Below are positions 20,233-29,891 of a stretch of DNA of 64,000 nucleotides, in pieces. This DNA is from Victivallales bacterium (GTDB lineage Bacteria > Verrucomicrobiota > Lentisphaeria > Victivallales > Victivallaceae). Location of the stretch: NCBI GenBank assembly GCA_963676655.2, contig CAXXKX010000005.1:171955-235954 (forward strand). Direction: 5' to 3'. Each line of letters opens with the position of its first letter. The stretch's first letter is position 1. The position numbers were made by a program, and so were the translations under genes. The notes beneath the pieces were generated by a model that searched no databases, had not been told where the DNA came from, and saw only the letters and a program-made list of their open reading frames with translations.

Positions 20233-21204
20233 TTATTCCTGTAATTTTCTGAAACAATACAAGACTGTCCCGAATTGATTTGAACCGCGTGCCAATTGTT
20301 TTTTCTCTATTCGAGCCGGATCATTGAACCGGACACCGATTTGTCGAATAAACAATTTTGAACCTAAAATACTTCCTTCGGTGAAATGTCTGGTTCGCTG
20401 CAGGAAACGAACGTGCATTGATTCTTTTTTCCGTGCTTTGTCTCGTGCGGCATATATTTCTTCACTGGACGCGCCGCTCTCTGCCGTGATAATCCGTGCC
20501 ATCTCACCACGAAAGAACGCAAAAAGTTCGATATCTGTCCATTGCGATGTATCTCCGGTCGTGATATTGGGTTTCATATGTTTGACGAAATTATGATAAA
20601 ACATATGTTTGCCGCTTCGACAGTACCGTCCCCATGTTGTAAAGTGATAATCAGCCGGATCGTTCTTCAAGCCTGCGCGAACCGGGTTCAGTTCTACGTA
20701 GATTACGCAAGCGGCCACTGCGTTGATTTTCTCGAGAATCGTACTTTTGAATCGTCCGCCCCAAAGTTGTCCGGTCCTATCTCGAGTTTCATTATAAACG
20801 CAGGTAAATTGCCTCTGATAAGCTGACATAAACCGGCTGATATCGATCATTTTAAAGGCAACTTCCTGGCATTGCGCCTTATTGTCTATGCTGATAACCG
20901 GATTTTGGGGTTTGAATTTTGAGGTATTTATCATTGATTTGTAATAAGCGTTATGCCGTTTCACGATAACCTCCAGCGGCGGCAGCTCATCCGGTCCTGG
21001 GGCGTAAACCACCAGATGGAAGTGATTTCCCATCCAGGCGACTGAAATGACTTCGATCAAAAAGTAATCGCAAAGGTTTTTAAGCAGTCTGAAGCCATAT
21101 TCCTTATCCATCTCCGAGAATGGATGTTCTCCTTTAACGCAGCCAATGCGATTATAAAGATGATAATAGCAACCTTCTTCGTCAACTTTCATCCGATAAC
21201 CCAT
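20233..21204 (-). CDS. Long Y1 (HUH) transposase-like protein, paralog of 5058..6020
   Basis: 323 aa. WMGNHFHLVVYAP and YVELNPVRAGL. The C-terminal RFLQRTRHFTEGSILGSKLFIRQ matches RFLRRTRHFSDGAILGSKLFIRE of the paralog. Confidence 0.65.
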   Translation of the reverse strand: MGYRMKVDEEGCYYHLYNRIGCVKGEHPFSEMDKEYGFRLLKNLCDYFLIEVISVAWMGNHFHLVVYAPGPDELPPLEVIVKRHNAYYKSMINTSKFKPQNPVISIDNKAQCQEVAFKMIDISRFMSAYQRQFTCVYNETRDRTGQLWGGRFKSTILEKINAVAACVIYVELNPVRAGLKNDPADYHFTTWGRYCRSGKHMFYHNFVKHMKPNITTGDTSQWTDIELFAFFRGEMARIITAESGASSEEIYAARDKARKKESMHVRFLQRTRHFTEGSILGSKLFIRQIGVRFNDPARIEKKQLARGSNQFGTVLYCFRKLQE

Positions 21205-21322
21205 TTTAAATCCTCCAAATTAGTCAGGTTATCGATAATATACACGTTGAAATCAGTTTTGTAAATAGTTATACCGTTTAATTTTTATTAATTCGTAAAA
21301 TATTGTCAATACAAATCTTAAG

Positions 21323-22126
21323 TCAATCCTCAATGCGATACAACGGGGAATTTCTTTTGCGGAATTCTCCAGGCGTCATTTTGCTTTGACTATTGAATAC
21401 CCGGTAGAAAGTTTCAATGTTCTTAAAACCACAACTTTCAGCAATATTCTTTATTGAGTCATCCGTGCCAGCTAATAAAGCTCGAGCTTTTTTTAGTTTT
21501 TCCGCTATCAGAAAATGATGGGGAGTTACCCCTAAATGCTCTTTGAATAAATTTTGAAAATACGGCACACTAATCCCACTCTTCGTCGCCAACTGTTGAA
21601 CACTGACAACCCGACCGGGATCCCGGGCAATACGCTTCAAAGCCCGCTCTACTGCAGGAGGATATTCAGGGACGAATCGCTTTGAGGAAGCGGAAATCTG
21701 CCAGAGGACAGTACTGAATATCCACTGCCCCAGAATGTCTAAATCGGTAGAGTCATCATGATAAGCCGCCATCGCTTCAGCAGCAAAAGTGTCAAGATAG
21801 TCAAGGTCATTCCAATAATTAACGCGTGGAAAGAAAGGAGTTTCAGCACGAGAATAAGTAAAACCAAGGACAATACAACGATATGGATCTTCAGACCATC
21901 GATCAAAAATCGTGGTATCCCCGGGGGAGTGAATGAAAACAGTACCGCGTTTGAACAAACGCCTTTCCCCGTTAAATAAAAAAAATACACCGCCTCCGGT
22001 AAGAATCTCCATAAGAATAGCTCCTGGAGCAATTGTTTTTGGATTGATATCCCGGTCCGGAGCCTGATAATAGCGGACATACTGCAGTTCAGACGGAAAA
22101 CTTTCAATTATTTTTGAAATCCCCAT
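21323..22126 (-). CDS. AraC-family transcriptional regulator
   Basis: 267 aa. C-terminal HTH pair (LATKSGISVPYFQNLFKEHLGVTP...IKNIAESCGFKNIETFYRVFNSQSKMTP). Confidence 0.85.
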   Translation of the reverse strand: MGISKIIESFPSELQYVRYYQAPDRDINPKTIAPGAILMEILTGGGVFFLFNGERRLFKRGTVFIHSPGDTTIFDRWSEDPYRCIVLGFTYSRAETPFFPRVNYWNDLDYLDTFAAEAMAAYHDDSTDLDILGQWIFSTVLWQISASSKRFVPEYPPAVERALKRIARDPGRVVSVQQLATKSGISVPYFQNLFKEHLGVTPHHFLIAEKLKKARALLAGTDDSIKNIAESCGFKNIETFYRVFNSQSKMTPGEFRKRNSPLYRIED

Positions 22127-22236
22127 ACGATATTAATGAATGTTCCCGTTGTTTTTTTAAGAATTGCCAATTGATTTTAATAGTAACGCAGTGTAGATTT
22201 ATTTTCAAATTAACTTTTGCAAAAAAGGAGTATTAA

Positions 22237-23565
22237 ATGGTGATAAGAAAAATCTTAACAGGCGGACTGCTTCTATGCAGTCTGGGTCTTACTCAACCGG
22301 TAATGGCACAGGATAATCCTTCTAGACAAACGATAGAGGTATCCGCTCGTGGAGGCTTACCCAACTTCACAGCCAAGTTAAAATCAGGGAAAAGTGTAAA
22401 AATCGGCTATCTTGGCGGCAGCATAACCGCACAACCCGGCTGGCGCGTTCTCAGCCGTGAATGGTTTCAAAATAAATATCCCAAGGCCAAAATATCCGAA
22501 ATAAATGCCGCAATCGGCGGAACCGGATCAAACCTCGGAGTATTCAGGGTTGAACATGACGTATTATGCCAAAAACCAGACTTGTTATTCGTCGAGTTCG
22601 CGGTTAATGACGGCAGAACTCTACCGGCGAACATCAGAAAGTCGATGGAAGGAATTGTCCGGAAAACCTGGAAGGCTTTACCGGATTGCGACATATGTTT
22701 TGTTTATACAATGACAGCGGGAAATTTGAAGGAAATGCAAAAAGGCAAAATGAGTCGTTCCGCGTCAACGATGGAAGAGGTAGCTGATTATTACAATATC
22801 CCGACAATCCATATGGGACTCGAGATTGCGGCGCTGGAAAAGGCCGGAAAGCTGGTAATGAAAGCTCCGAATGCAAACTTGCAGCAGGTTTCCGGCAAGG
22901 AATTAAACGAAGAAGCCAAGATACAGACCGATGAAAAGGGGCGTATCACATTTTCCAAGGACGGCGTTCACCCCTATCCGAATACCGGACACGTCTTGTA
23001 TTTGAAAGCTATCATAAGGTCAATGGACAAAATTCTCCCGGCAGGCAAACCCGGCCCACACAAATTAGCCGCATCGAAAACAAAAGATAACTGGGAAAAG
23101 GCTGAAATGATCCCGGTTAATAAATGCAAGATGTCCGGCCCATGGAAGAAGCTCGACCCAAAATCAAACTCTCTGGCGAAAAATTTCCGCAATCGGGTTC
23201 CTTCACTCTGGCAGGGAAAACCCGGCGCGGAACTTAAGTTCAAATTCATAGGAACAAAAGTCGCGGCATACGACCTTGTCGGTCCGTCATGCGGATACGT
23301 TGAGGCCACGATTGACGGGAAAAAAATAAAGTCCCGCAGAATGGACAAATATTGTTCTTATTACCGGTCCTCCATTATGAAAATAGCGGACGGGCTTGAG
23401 AATAAAGTTCATGAAGTAGTCATCAGAGTACTTCCGGATAAATTTGACAAGAGCAAGATTCTTGCTAAGCATAGACTGAAAGATCTTGAAAAGAATCCGA
23501 AAAAATATGAAGACACCGACTGGTATGTCGGCGCTGTTTTCATTATAGGCAAAATGGTCGATTGA
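22237..23565 (+). CDS. SGNH/GDSL-family hydrolase (secreted)
   Basis: 442 aa with signal peptide. Block I GYLGGSITAQ and the FVEFAVNDG block. Confidence 0.65.
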   Translation: MVIRKILTGGLLLCSLGLTQPVMAQDNPSRQTIEVSARGGLPNFTAKLKSGKSVKIGYLGGSITAQPGWRVLSREWFQNKYPKAKISEINAAIGGTGSNLGVFRVEHDVLCQKPDLLFVEFAVNDGRTLPANIRKSMEGIVRKTWKALPDCDICFVYTMTAGNLKEMQKGKMSRSASTMEEVADYYNIPTIHMGLEIAALEKAGKLVMKAPNANLQQVSGKELNEEAKIQTDEKGRITFSKDGVHPYPNTGHVLYLKAIIRSMDKILPAGKPGPHKLAASKTKDNWEKAEMIPVNKCKMSGPWKKLDPKSNSLAKNFRNRVPSLWQGKPGAELKFKFIGTKVAAYDLVGPSCGYVEATIDGKKIKSRRMDKYCSYYRSSIMKIADGLENKVHEVVIRVLPDKFDKSKILAKHRLKDLEKNPKKYEDTDWYVGAVFIIGKMVD

Positions 23566-23588
23566 ATCCAATAATCAACCATATCAAT

Positions 23589-23622
23589 AAAAAAAGCTCC
23601 GCAATTTACGGAGCTTTTTTTG
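23589..23622 (+). terminator. Rho-independent terminator (A-run/hairpin/T-run, potentially bidirectional)
   Basis: AAAAAAGCTCCG-caattta-CGGAGCTTTTTTT lies between convergent genes. Confidence 0.75.
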
Positions 23623-23637
23623 TGTGGATAAAAGAAC

Positions 23638-24114
23638 TCAGAAATTACGGTTAAACCGGCTTACTCCTGTCATATCGTTCAGGTGCGACAAAGTTATCTG
23701 ACGTTCCATGTCAACACAGTACATCAGGTCCCTGATGGAAATCAACGCAATGATAAAACCTTTTTCCGTCAAAGGAATGTGTCTGATATGGTTCTGGTAC
23801 ATTTTCCTGATTGTACTTTGAACATTGTCTTTGATATCAGCTGTGACCATATCAGAAACCGCAATTTCGGATACTTTCTTGTCGCTCATACAACCATCCG
23901 CAGCACAACAACGCAGGATATCGCGTTCAGTACAGATACCGGCGTACTCACCTTTGATTTCAGGATTCTTCTCAACCAGAACAGCGCCGATTTCTTTCTC
24001 TATCATATGTTTAGCAAGCTCATGCACCAGCATATCTCCGGGAACGGAATACAGCGGAGGATGTTTGCGTTTCAGTCTTTCGGCTAGAACCAGTTTCATT
24101 GTCATTTTCATCAA
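23638..24114 (-). CDS. CBS-domain pair protein
   Basis: 158 aa with two CBS-like repeats (..HMIEKEIGAVLVEK.. and ..NHIRHIPLTEKGFIIALISIRDL). Confidence 0.65.
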   Translation of the reverse strand: MMKMTMKLVLAERLKRKHPPLYSVPGDMLVHELAKHMIEKEIGAVLVEKNPEIKGEYAGICTERDILRCCAADGCMSDKKVSEIAVSDMVTADIKDNVQSTIRKMYQNHIRHIPLTEKGFIIALISIRDLMYCVDMERQITLSHLNDMTGVSRFNRNF

Positions 24115-24307
24115 TTATTTCTCCTGTAGCAAAAACATGATTGTTTTCTAAAGATATTATAGCCCTGACGGAAGAAAAATCAATTCCATTCAGCAATTTT
24201 ACTTAAAAGAAAAACGGGAATCATTCATGACAGGCAGCAACCGGCATAAATGATCCCCGGAGAGAAGGCTATTTAAACAGTATCTCTGACATCAAAATTC
24301 GATATTC

Positions 24308-24637
24308 TCAGGTATTCTCCTCTGTTATCAAAGACCCTTTGGCGTATTTCAGGGCCAGATTTTCAGGGGAGTCAACCGGGGCACCGGTAATGACTTTGAT
24401 ATTGTGTTCCAGGAAAAGGCTTTGAGTAACAACTTCCATTACTCCGGCCACGATTACATCAATATTTCTATTCATCAACCATTCGGGTATCAGTCCGGAC
24501 ATATGCCGCGGTAAATAATGCAGCGCGACGCTCAATATGCCATTATCCTGGTCATCCAGTCTGACCAGCGCAAATTGTTCGCAAAGCCCAAAGTGTACAC
24601 ATAGTTGTTCTTTGACACACGGAATCGCAATCAACAT
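24308..24637 (-). CDS. NifB/NifX-like (dinitrogenase FeMo-cofactor-binding fold) small protein
   Basis: 109 aa. MLIAIPC...HFGLCEQFALV...IDVIVAGVM pattern typical of the family. Clustered with DUF134 and MinD-like Fe-S ATPases. Confidence 0.6.
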   Translation of the reverse strand: MLIAIPCVKEQLCVHFGLCEQFALVRLDDQDNGILSVALHYLPRHMSGLIPEWLMNRNIDVIVAGVMEVVTQSLFLEHNIKVITGAPVDSPENLALKYAKGSLITEENT

Positions 24638-24697
24638 TTATTCTCTCCAGTAGAATTTAATCGTTCCTTTATTAAAATTCGCGGGGCAAGGACATGA

Positions 24698-25567
24698 TTA
24701 CCGGCAAAGTGCATCGAACTTCAGCCAGAGTTCCTTGATATAAGGCGCGGCAGCCGAATCGGAAAATTCGACAACAGGTTTCTGTTCCAGTTGAGCTCTG
24801 GTGAAATTCCGGTCATATGGAACTCCACCCAGCCACTCCGCTTCTGAATTTAACGCATAATCTTTTATTTTTTGAGTCATCTCAGGATTCAAATCATGTT
24901 TATTTACGCAAATCGCGGCGGGAATGTCAAAATGCCGCGTCAATTTATATACGCGATCCAAATCATGCAACCCGCTGACAGTCGGCTCCGCAACCAGCAA
25001 AACCTGATCAACGCCACTCAATGAAGCAATTACCGGACAGCCGATTCCGGGAGGACCGTCACTGATGATGAGCTCATTACTCATTGACTCGGCAGTTTGT
25101 TTGGCTTTTTTTCTGACTTCTGAAACAAGTTTGCCGGAATTCTCGCCGCCGGTTTGCAAATTGGCGTGAATCATCGTGCCGTGAGTTGTTTCAGATTTAA
25201 TAACGTGTCCGCTCAAGCGTTTTTGCATCAGTCCGGCACCAAGCGGGCAGTTATCGACACATACCCCGCAACCTTCGCAAGCAAGATGATCATGACACAG
25301 CTTCCCCTGCTCCACCTTCAAAGCCTCAAACCGGCAAAGTTTGACGCAAAGCCCACAGGCAACACAGATATTGTGTTCAAATGACGGTTCATAGCCGCAG
25401 AAAAACTCTTCTGAAACACTCGTTAATGGCGGGAGCAGCATGTGCATATCTGCCGCATCAACATCGCAATCGGCAATAACACAGTTCCCGGCCAGGACCG
25501 CAAAAGAAGCTGAGATGCTGGTTTTCCCGGTTCCGCCTTTGCCGCTTAACACAAGATATTCTTTCAT
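24698..25567 (-). CDS. MinD/ParA-superfamily P-loop ATPase with 4Fe-4S ferredoxin-type insert
   Basis: Deviant Walker A GKGGTGKTS. Cys clusters CVACGLCVKLC and CEGCGVCVDNCP. ATGA overlap with the upstream paralog. Confidence 0.75.
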   Translation of the reverse strand: MKEYLVLSGKGGTGKTSISASFAVLAGNCVIADCDVDAADMHMLLPPLTSVSEEFFCGYEPSFEHNICVACGLCVKLCRFEALKVEQGKLCHDHLACEGCGVCVDNCPLGAGLMQKRLSGHVIKSETTHGTMIHANLQTGGENSGKLVSEVRKKAKQTAESMSNELIISDGPPGIGCPVIASLSGVDQVLLVAEPTVSGLHDLDRVYKLTRHFDIPAAICVNKHDLNPEMTQKIKDYALNSEAEWLGGVPYDRNFTRAQLEQKPVVEFSDSAAAPYIKELWLKFDALCR

Positions 25568-26409
25568 TGTTCAAAACCTTTCTCCAGCCACTTGGCCACC
25601 GTATCTATACCGGAGGTAAAAGCATTATTCCGGCGATAAACGACTTCGCCGCGGGAATACAGTTCGGCAACTTCCCGGGAGTCGGCAATAGCCGCGATCA
25701 ATTCAATTCCTTCCGTCTCACAATATTCCTTAACCCGATCATCGCCGCTGCCGTCACGATTAACAACCACACCAAACGGCATCTTCATTTCACGTAACGC
25801 CGCCACTGCCAGTTTAAGGTCATGCAGACCGAACGGAGTCGGTTCAGTCACCAGAATAACCACGTCACTGCCGCTGACCGCCGCCAGCATTGAGCACGAG
25901 GTTCCGGGAGGCGAGTCAATAATACAGAGTCCGTTACCGTCATAACGGGACTTTAACTGCCTGATCAACGGCGGCGCCATCGTCTCCCCGACATTCAGGC
26001 TGCCGCTGACGAGGTTGATATCCTGATACGAGCCGGTCGATATTTTACCGGTAACCCGGCTGACCTCGGTAATAGCCCCTTCAAGACAACTCAGCATGCA
26101 TCCACCGCAACCGTGACACAATTCGGGGAAATACATTACACCGGACGGCAATACCGCAATTGCATTGAAACGGCACACCTCAGCACATTTACGACAAGTT
26201 GTGCACAGTTTTGAATTGAATTCATAGGACGGCACCTTGGCGTCAACTGACAAACAGGAGTCTGATTTCAGGAAAAGCAAACAATCAGGCGCTTCAACAT
26301 CACAATCCAGCAGGGTGACATCCCGCGTTTCGCTCATGGCACAAGCCAGATTAACCGCCAGTGTCGTTTTACCGGTTCCCCCCTTACCGGAAGCAATCGC
26401 TAATTTCAT
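25564..26409 (-). CDS. MinD/ParA-superfamily P-loop ATPase with 4Fe-4S ferredoxin-type insert
   Basis: GKGGTGKTT. Cys clusters CTTCRKCAEVC and CHGCGGCMLSC. Confidence 0.75.
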   Translation of the reverse strand: MKLAIASGKGGTGKTTLAVNLACAMSETRDVTLLDCDVEAPDCLLFLKSDSCLSVDAKVPSYEFNSKLCTTCRKCAEVCRFNAIAVLPSGVMYFPELCHGCGGCMLSCLEGAITEVSRVTGKISTGSYQDINLVSGSLNVGETMAPPLIRQLKSRYDGNGLCIIDSPPGTSCSMLAAVSGSDVVILVTEPTPFGLHDLKLAVAALREMKMPFGVVVNRDGSGDDRVKEYCETEGIELIAAIADSREVAELYSRGEVVYRRNNAFTSGIDTVAKWLEKGFEQ

Positions 26410-26433
26410 TTTAAAAACTCCAATATAATTTTA

Positions 26434-26784
26434 TTATTGATCTTGATCATCCAATGTATCTTCATTAAATTTCTTTTCACGCTTATTAGTATCAAATTCA
26501 ATAACCGGACCGCCTTCGATTCTAATAGCTTTGCCGCTGACAATAGCTTCGGCTATCTTCTTTCGAGCGGATTTAACAATATTTCCAAATGTCTGACGCG
26601 ACACTCCCATCTTTTCCGCCGCCTGTTCCTGGTATAATTCTTCGAGATCGGCCAATTGAATTGCCTCAAGTTCATCATGTCCAAGAGAGATAGTCTCCAA
26701 GAAACGCATCGGCACTCCTTGGGGCTTGAAATAAGTCACTTCAGGTTTTATTGATATTTTTCGGTTTTTATAGGGTCGGGGCAT
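26434..26784 (-). CDS. DUF134 (UPF0251) predicted DNA-binding protein
   Basis: From MPRPYKNRKISIKPEVTYFKPQGVP...AAEKMGVSRQTFGNIVKSARKKIAEAIVSGKAIRIEGG, the canonical DUF134 pattern. The track ORF extends to 26838, but the N-terminal 18 aa look spurious. Confidence 0.7.
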   Translation of the reverse strand: MPRPYKNRKISIKPEVTYFKPQGVPMRFLETISLGHDELEAIQLADLEELYQEQAAEKMGVSRQTFGNIVKSARKKIAEAIVSGKAIRIEGGPVIEFDTNKREKKFNEDTLDDQDQ

Positions 26785-27088
26785 CTGCGTTCCTACTCTA
26801 GTTATTAGCATATGCCAACAATACATGCCCAAAATCATTTTGTCAAGAGTAATAAGTCAGAAATAAGAATAAAACAAGAATCATCTCGCAAATCAGATGG
26901 ATGGAATCGAAAACAAAAGACATAGACCCCAAGAAAAACAAAAAACTAACACAATAATCTATAACAACTTACAAATAAATTAAAATCAAACGGTAAAACT
27001 ATTATTATTAAATCGGCCCTAATATTTCTCCGGTGAATTGAAATAAACCTTTTTTGTGCCATATTGACATAAGCAACAGGAGAAGGCT

Positions 27089-27691
27089 ATGAGAGAAGTG
27101 ATTATTATTTCGTGTTTATGCATCAGTGCTATACTGGCGGCAGGAGAGGATAAACGTCCTGAAAACTGGGCGAAGCCCTTAACCCTCAGCGGAGTTCCGA
27201 ATTTCCATCGGGTTGACAGCAAGCTTTACCGCAGCGCGCAACCCACCGCCGGAGGCATGAAAAATCTCCAGAAATACGGTATCAAAACAATAATCAATCT
27301 GCGCAGTTTCCATTCCGACAAAGATGAAATAGGCAAACTTCCCTTAAAACAATACCATATCAAAATCAATACCTGGCATCTTAAAGACGAACACGCAATA
27401 AAATTTCTCAAGATTATCAGCGACCCGCAAAATCAGCCGGTCCTGGTACACTGCCAACACGGCGCCGACCGGACCGGAACCATGTGCGCAGTCTACCGGA
27501 TCACAATTCAAGGATGGAACAAACCGGACGCGATCAAGGAAATGAAAGAAGGCGATTACAATTACCATTCGGTCTGGACTAATTTGATCAAATGGCTGGA
27601 AGAAACCGATATGAAAAAGCTTAAAAAATCCGCAGGAATCTCTGAACAGAAATCTCAAACCATGGTCTCAGCCGCCGCCAATCCAAAATAA
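27089..27691 (+). CDS. Secreted protein-tyrosine/dual-specificity phosphatase-like protein
   Basis: 200 aa with signal peptide and the CX5R P-loop VHCQHGADRTGT. Confidence 0.7.
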   Translation: MREVIIISCLCISAILAAGEDKRPENWAKPLTLSGVPNFHRVDSKLYRSAQPTAGGMKNLQKYGIKTIINLRSFHSDKDEIGKLPLKQYHIKINTWHLKDEHAIKFLKIISDPQNQPVLVHCQHGADRTGTMCAVYRITIQGWNKPDAIKEMKEGDYNYHSVWTNLIKWLEETDMKKLKKSAGISEQKSQTMVSAAANPK

Positions 27692-27788
27692 AGAGAACAA
27701 GCTTATTTTTCTACAGCAAAACAAACTTCAACTTAAGTTAAAATAACCCAATTATCCTGTTAGAAATAATTTTAACGAAAAACTTATT

Positions 27789-29039
27789 ATGGAAAATCCC
27801 CAGCAATTTGAAGTTCCAAAAGATTTTGACCTGCCGGAAGAATTAATTACCCCTGCCCCGCGGCCCTTGCCTGAACACGTAACCAGCGACTTGAAACATC
27901 TTAAATTATTCATCCAGATATGTCTGTTTATCGGAGCTCTCTGCTGTTTCGGACTGGCCCGGACAATGTGGATAAACCGCCTCGCACTCTATTTTCTACC
28001 GCTGGCGTATCTTGACTGGATCGGCATCGGGCTGATCATAATTCAATTGGGACATCTGCTGTTAAGCCGGAATATGCCACACCGCCTGACATTATTCCAA
28101 AACGGGATACCGGCTCCGGCCAGGATCGAAAAGCTCGAAAAACGTCCGGGAATGACTCTTAACGGCATGCCGACCCAATACGCCTACAACGCAATTATCA
28201 CAATACGCGTCCCCGGTTCGCCGGAAACGGATGTTCTCGAAGTTCAATCGCAGATACTCCCGGACAAAAATTCCTGTATTTGCACCTACAAAGTCGGCGA
28301 CTATGTATCGGCGCTATGTCGACCAATGGAACACGGAGTCAATGTAAATCTCTACGGTTTTCTCAATATAAGCAAAACCGAGGGAGTGATAAAAAAAGAT
28401 GAAAAAAAGAAGACGACCTTCAAGGAGATAGTCATAGTAATATCACTGTTACTACTGCTGCCCGGCCTGTTTTTTATTATTTTCGGCTGTTCCTATGCTT
28501 ACAACAATTACAGTCCGCTTAATTTTCAGTTTTCCCTGGTGTGGCCGGCTTTCGCCATCGGAGCGGTAATCGGTCTTGCTGTAATGGTCTGGTGGTTAGT
28601 CTCCAGTCGACGGAAAAAAAGAGCATTCGACGCAGCGAACCGGGCCGCGGTTGAAAAGGGCGAAGCAACGGAATATTTCACCGATTTCTGGCATGGTTCG
28701 GGATTTGACAAGCTACTGCTTATAATTATTATGGGCGTTGGAATTCCTTTGATGTGTTCTCTGGTTACCTATTGCGGGGCTATAACGCTAAATGCGTGGC
28801 TGGATGATTCTGAAGCACAGGTTGAGATAGTTGATATCGACAAGCTGGTAATGAAAACTCACGCTTATATGTTTAGAGAATACGTAATTGAATATCACTT
28901 CCCGGGCGACAAGAAAAAACGCTCATTTACCACCTCCCCTTTTCATATTGCGGCTTTCGGCAACAGCAAGGGCGGAGCGGTAGCGGTCCATAGCGGCGCA
29001 TTAGGCTGGAAATGGATAAAAAAAATAGCCCCGCTATAA
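27789..29039 (+). CDS. Polytopic membrane protein, hypothetical (two DUF3592-like TM-beta-TM modules, tentative)
   Basis: 416 aa. TM pairs flank two soluble beta-rich segments. No catalytic motif recognised. Confidence 0.5.
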   Translation: MENPQQFEVPKDFDLPEELITPAPRPLPEHVTSDLKHLKLFIQICLFIGALCCFGLARTMWINRLALYFLPLAYLDWIGIGLIIIQLGHLLLSRNMPHRLTLFQNGIPAPARIEKLEKRPGMTLNGMPTQYAYNAIITIRVPGSPETDVLEVQSQILPDKNSCICTYKVGDYVSALCRPMEHGVNVNLYGFLNISKTEGVIKKDEKKKTTFKEIVIVISLLLLLPGLFFIIFGCSYAYNNYSPLNFQFSLVWPAFAIGAVIGLAVMVWWLVSSRRKKRAFDAANRAAVEKGEATEYFTDFWHGSGFDKLLLIIIMGVGIPLMCSLVTYCGAITLNAWLDDSEAQVEIVDIDKLVMKTHAYMFREYVIEYHFPGDKKKRSFTTSPFHIAAFGNSKGGAVAVHSGALGWKWIKKIAPL

Positions 29040-29044
29040 TTACA

Positions 29045-29794
29045 TTATGATTTTCTGAACCGGACCGGCGTCATGCCGGTTTCCTGCTTGAACTGGCGAA
29101 TGAAAAAATTCACTGAACTGTAATTAAGTTGATCGGCAATTTCCGAGATAGTCAGATTCGAATTCGACAATAAAGTTCCGGCGCGTTCAATCCTGGCTCG
29201 AACAACGTACGCTTGAGGCGAAACGCCTTTCAAACTTTTGAACAACCGGGTGAAATGGTCTTTGCAAATACACATTTCCGCCGCCATCGCCGATACTTTA
29301 TATGCCACTTCAGGATTGCGGATAATGCGTTCGCAAAGTTTGTCTATATCCGGCGCATAACGATTGAAAGAAACAATACCGGGTTCAGGCAGAATTTTCT
29401 TCAAAGCCGCAGTCAGCCAGAAGTCAGCGTTGTCAAAGTTTCTATCCACACCGGCGGAAATCGCGTTCCGCAGCAGTTCTCCGATAAATTCAGTTTGAGT
29501 TAATTCCCGGTACAAATAATCCTTACCGGGAATTGCGGCTCCGTGACAATCGAAATGGCAAGCCGCCACAATCAACGGATCTTCCGGATCATGCACCGCC
29601 TCGCCGGACGTACCTGGAAAAAAGACAAAAACACTTCCACTCGCAAGCTGGTATTCCCGCTCATTCAGGGTCATCCGGCCGGAGCCGTCAAGGACCATCC
29701 ACACGTCATAATCGGTCATGGGGCCGAACGACCAGCTCCATTCAGGGGGGCAATGATGCAAACCGCCGCCGGTAAATTTAAACTTATAATTCAT
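29045..29794 (-). CDS. AraC-family transcriptional regulator
   Basis: 249 aa. C-terminal HTH pair (MAAEMCICKDHFTRLFKSLKGVSP...ISEIADQLNYSSVNFFIRQFKQETGMTP). Confidence 0.85.
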   Translation of the reverse strand: MNYKFKFTGGGLHHCPPEWSWSFGPMTDYDVWMVLDGSGRMTLNEREYQLASGSVFVFFPGTSGEAVHDPEDPLIVAACHFDCHGAAIPGKDYLYRELTQTEFIGELLRNAISAGVDRNFDNADFWLTAALKKILPEPGIVSFNRYAPDIDKLCERIIRNPEVAYKVSAMAAEMCICKDHFTRLFKSLKGVSPQAYVVRARIERAGTLLSNSNLTISEIADQLNYSSVNFFIRQFKQETGMTPVRFRKS

Positions 29795-29891
29795 TTTATC
29801 GTATTAATACTATTTTATATCGACATCGTGCATTGATAAATATAAATATAATCTTTATTATATAATAAATCAAATAAATAACGGGAACAAA

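Noticed and set aside
26785-26838. N-terminal extension MILGMYCWHMLITRVGTQ of the DUF134 ORF
   Set aside because: DUF134 proteins start at MPRP... as I remember the family, so the extension looks like read-through upstream of the true ATG.
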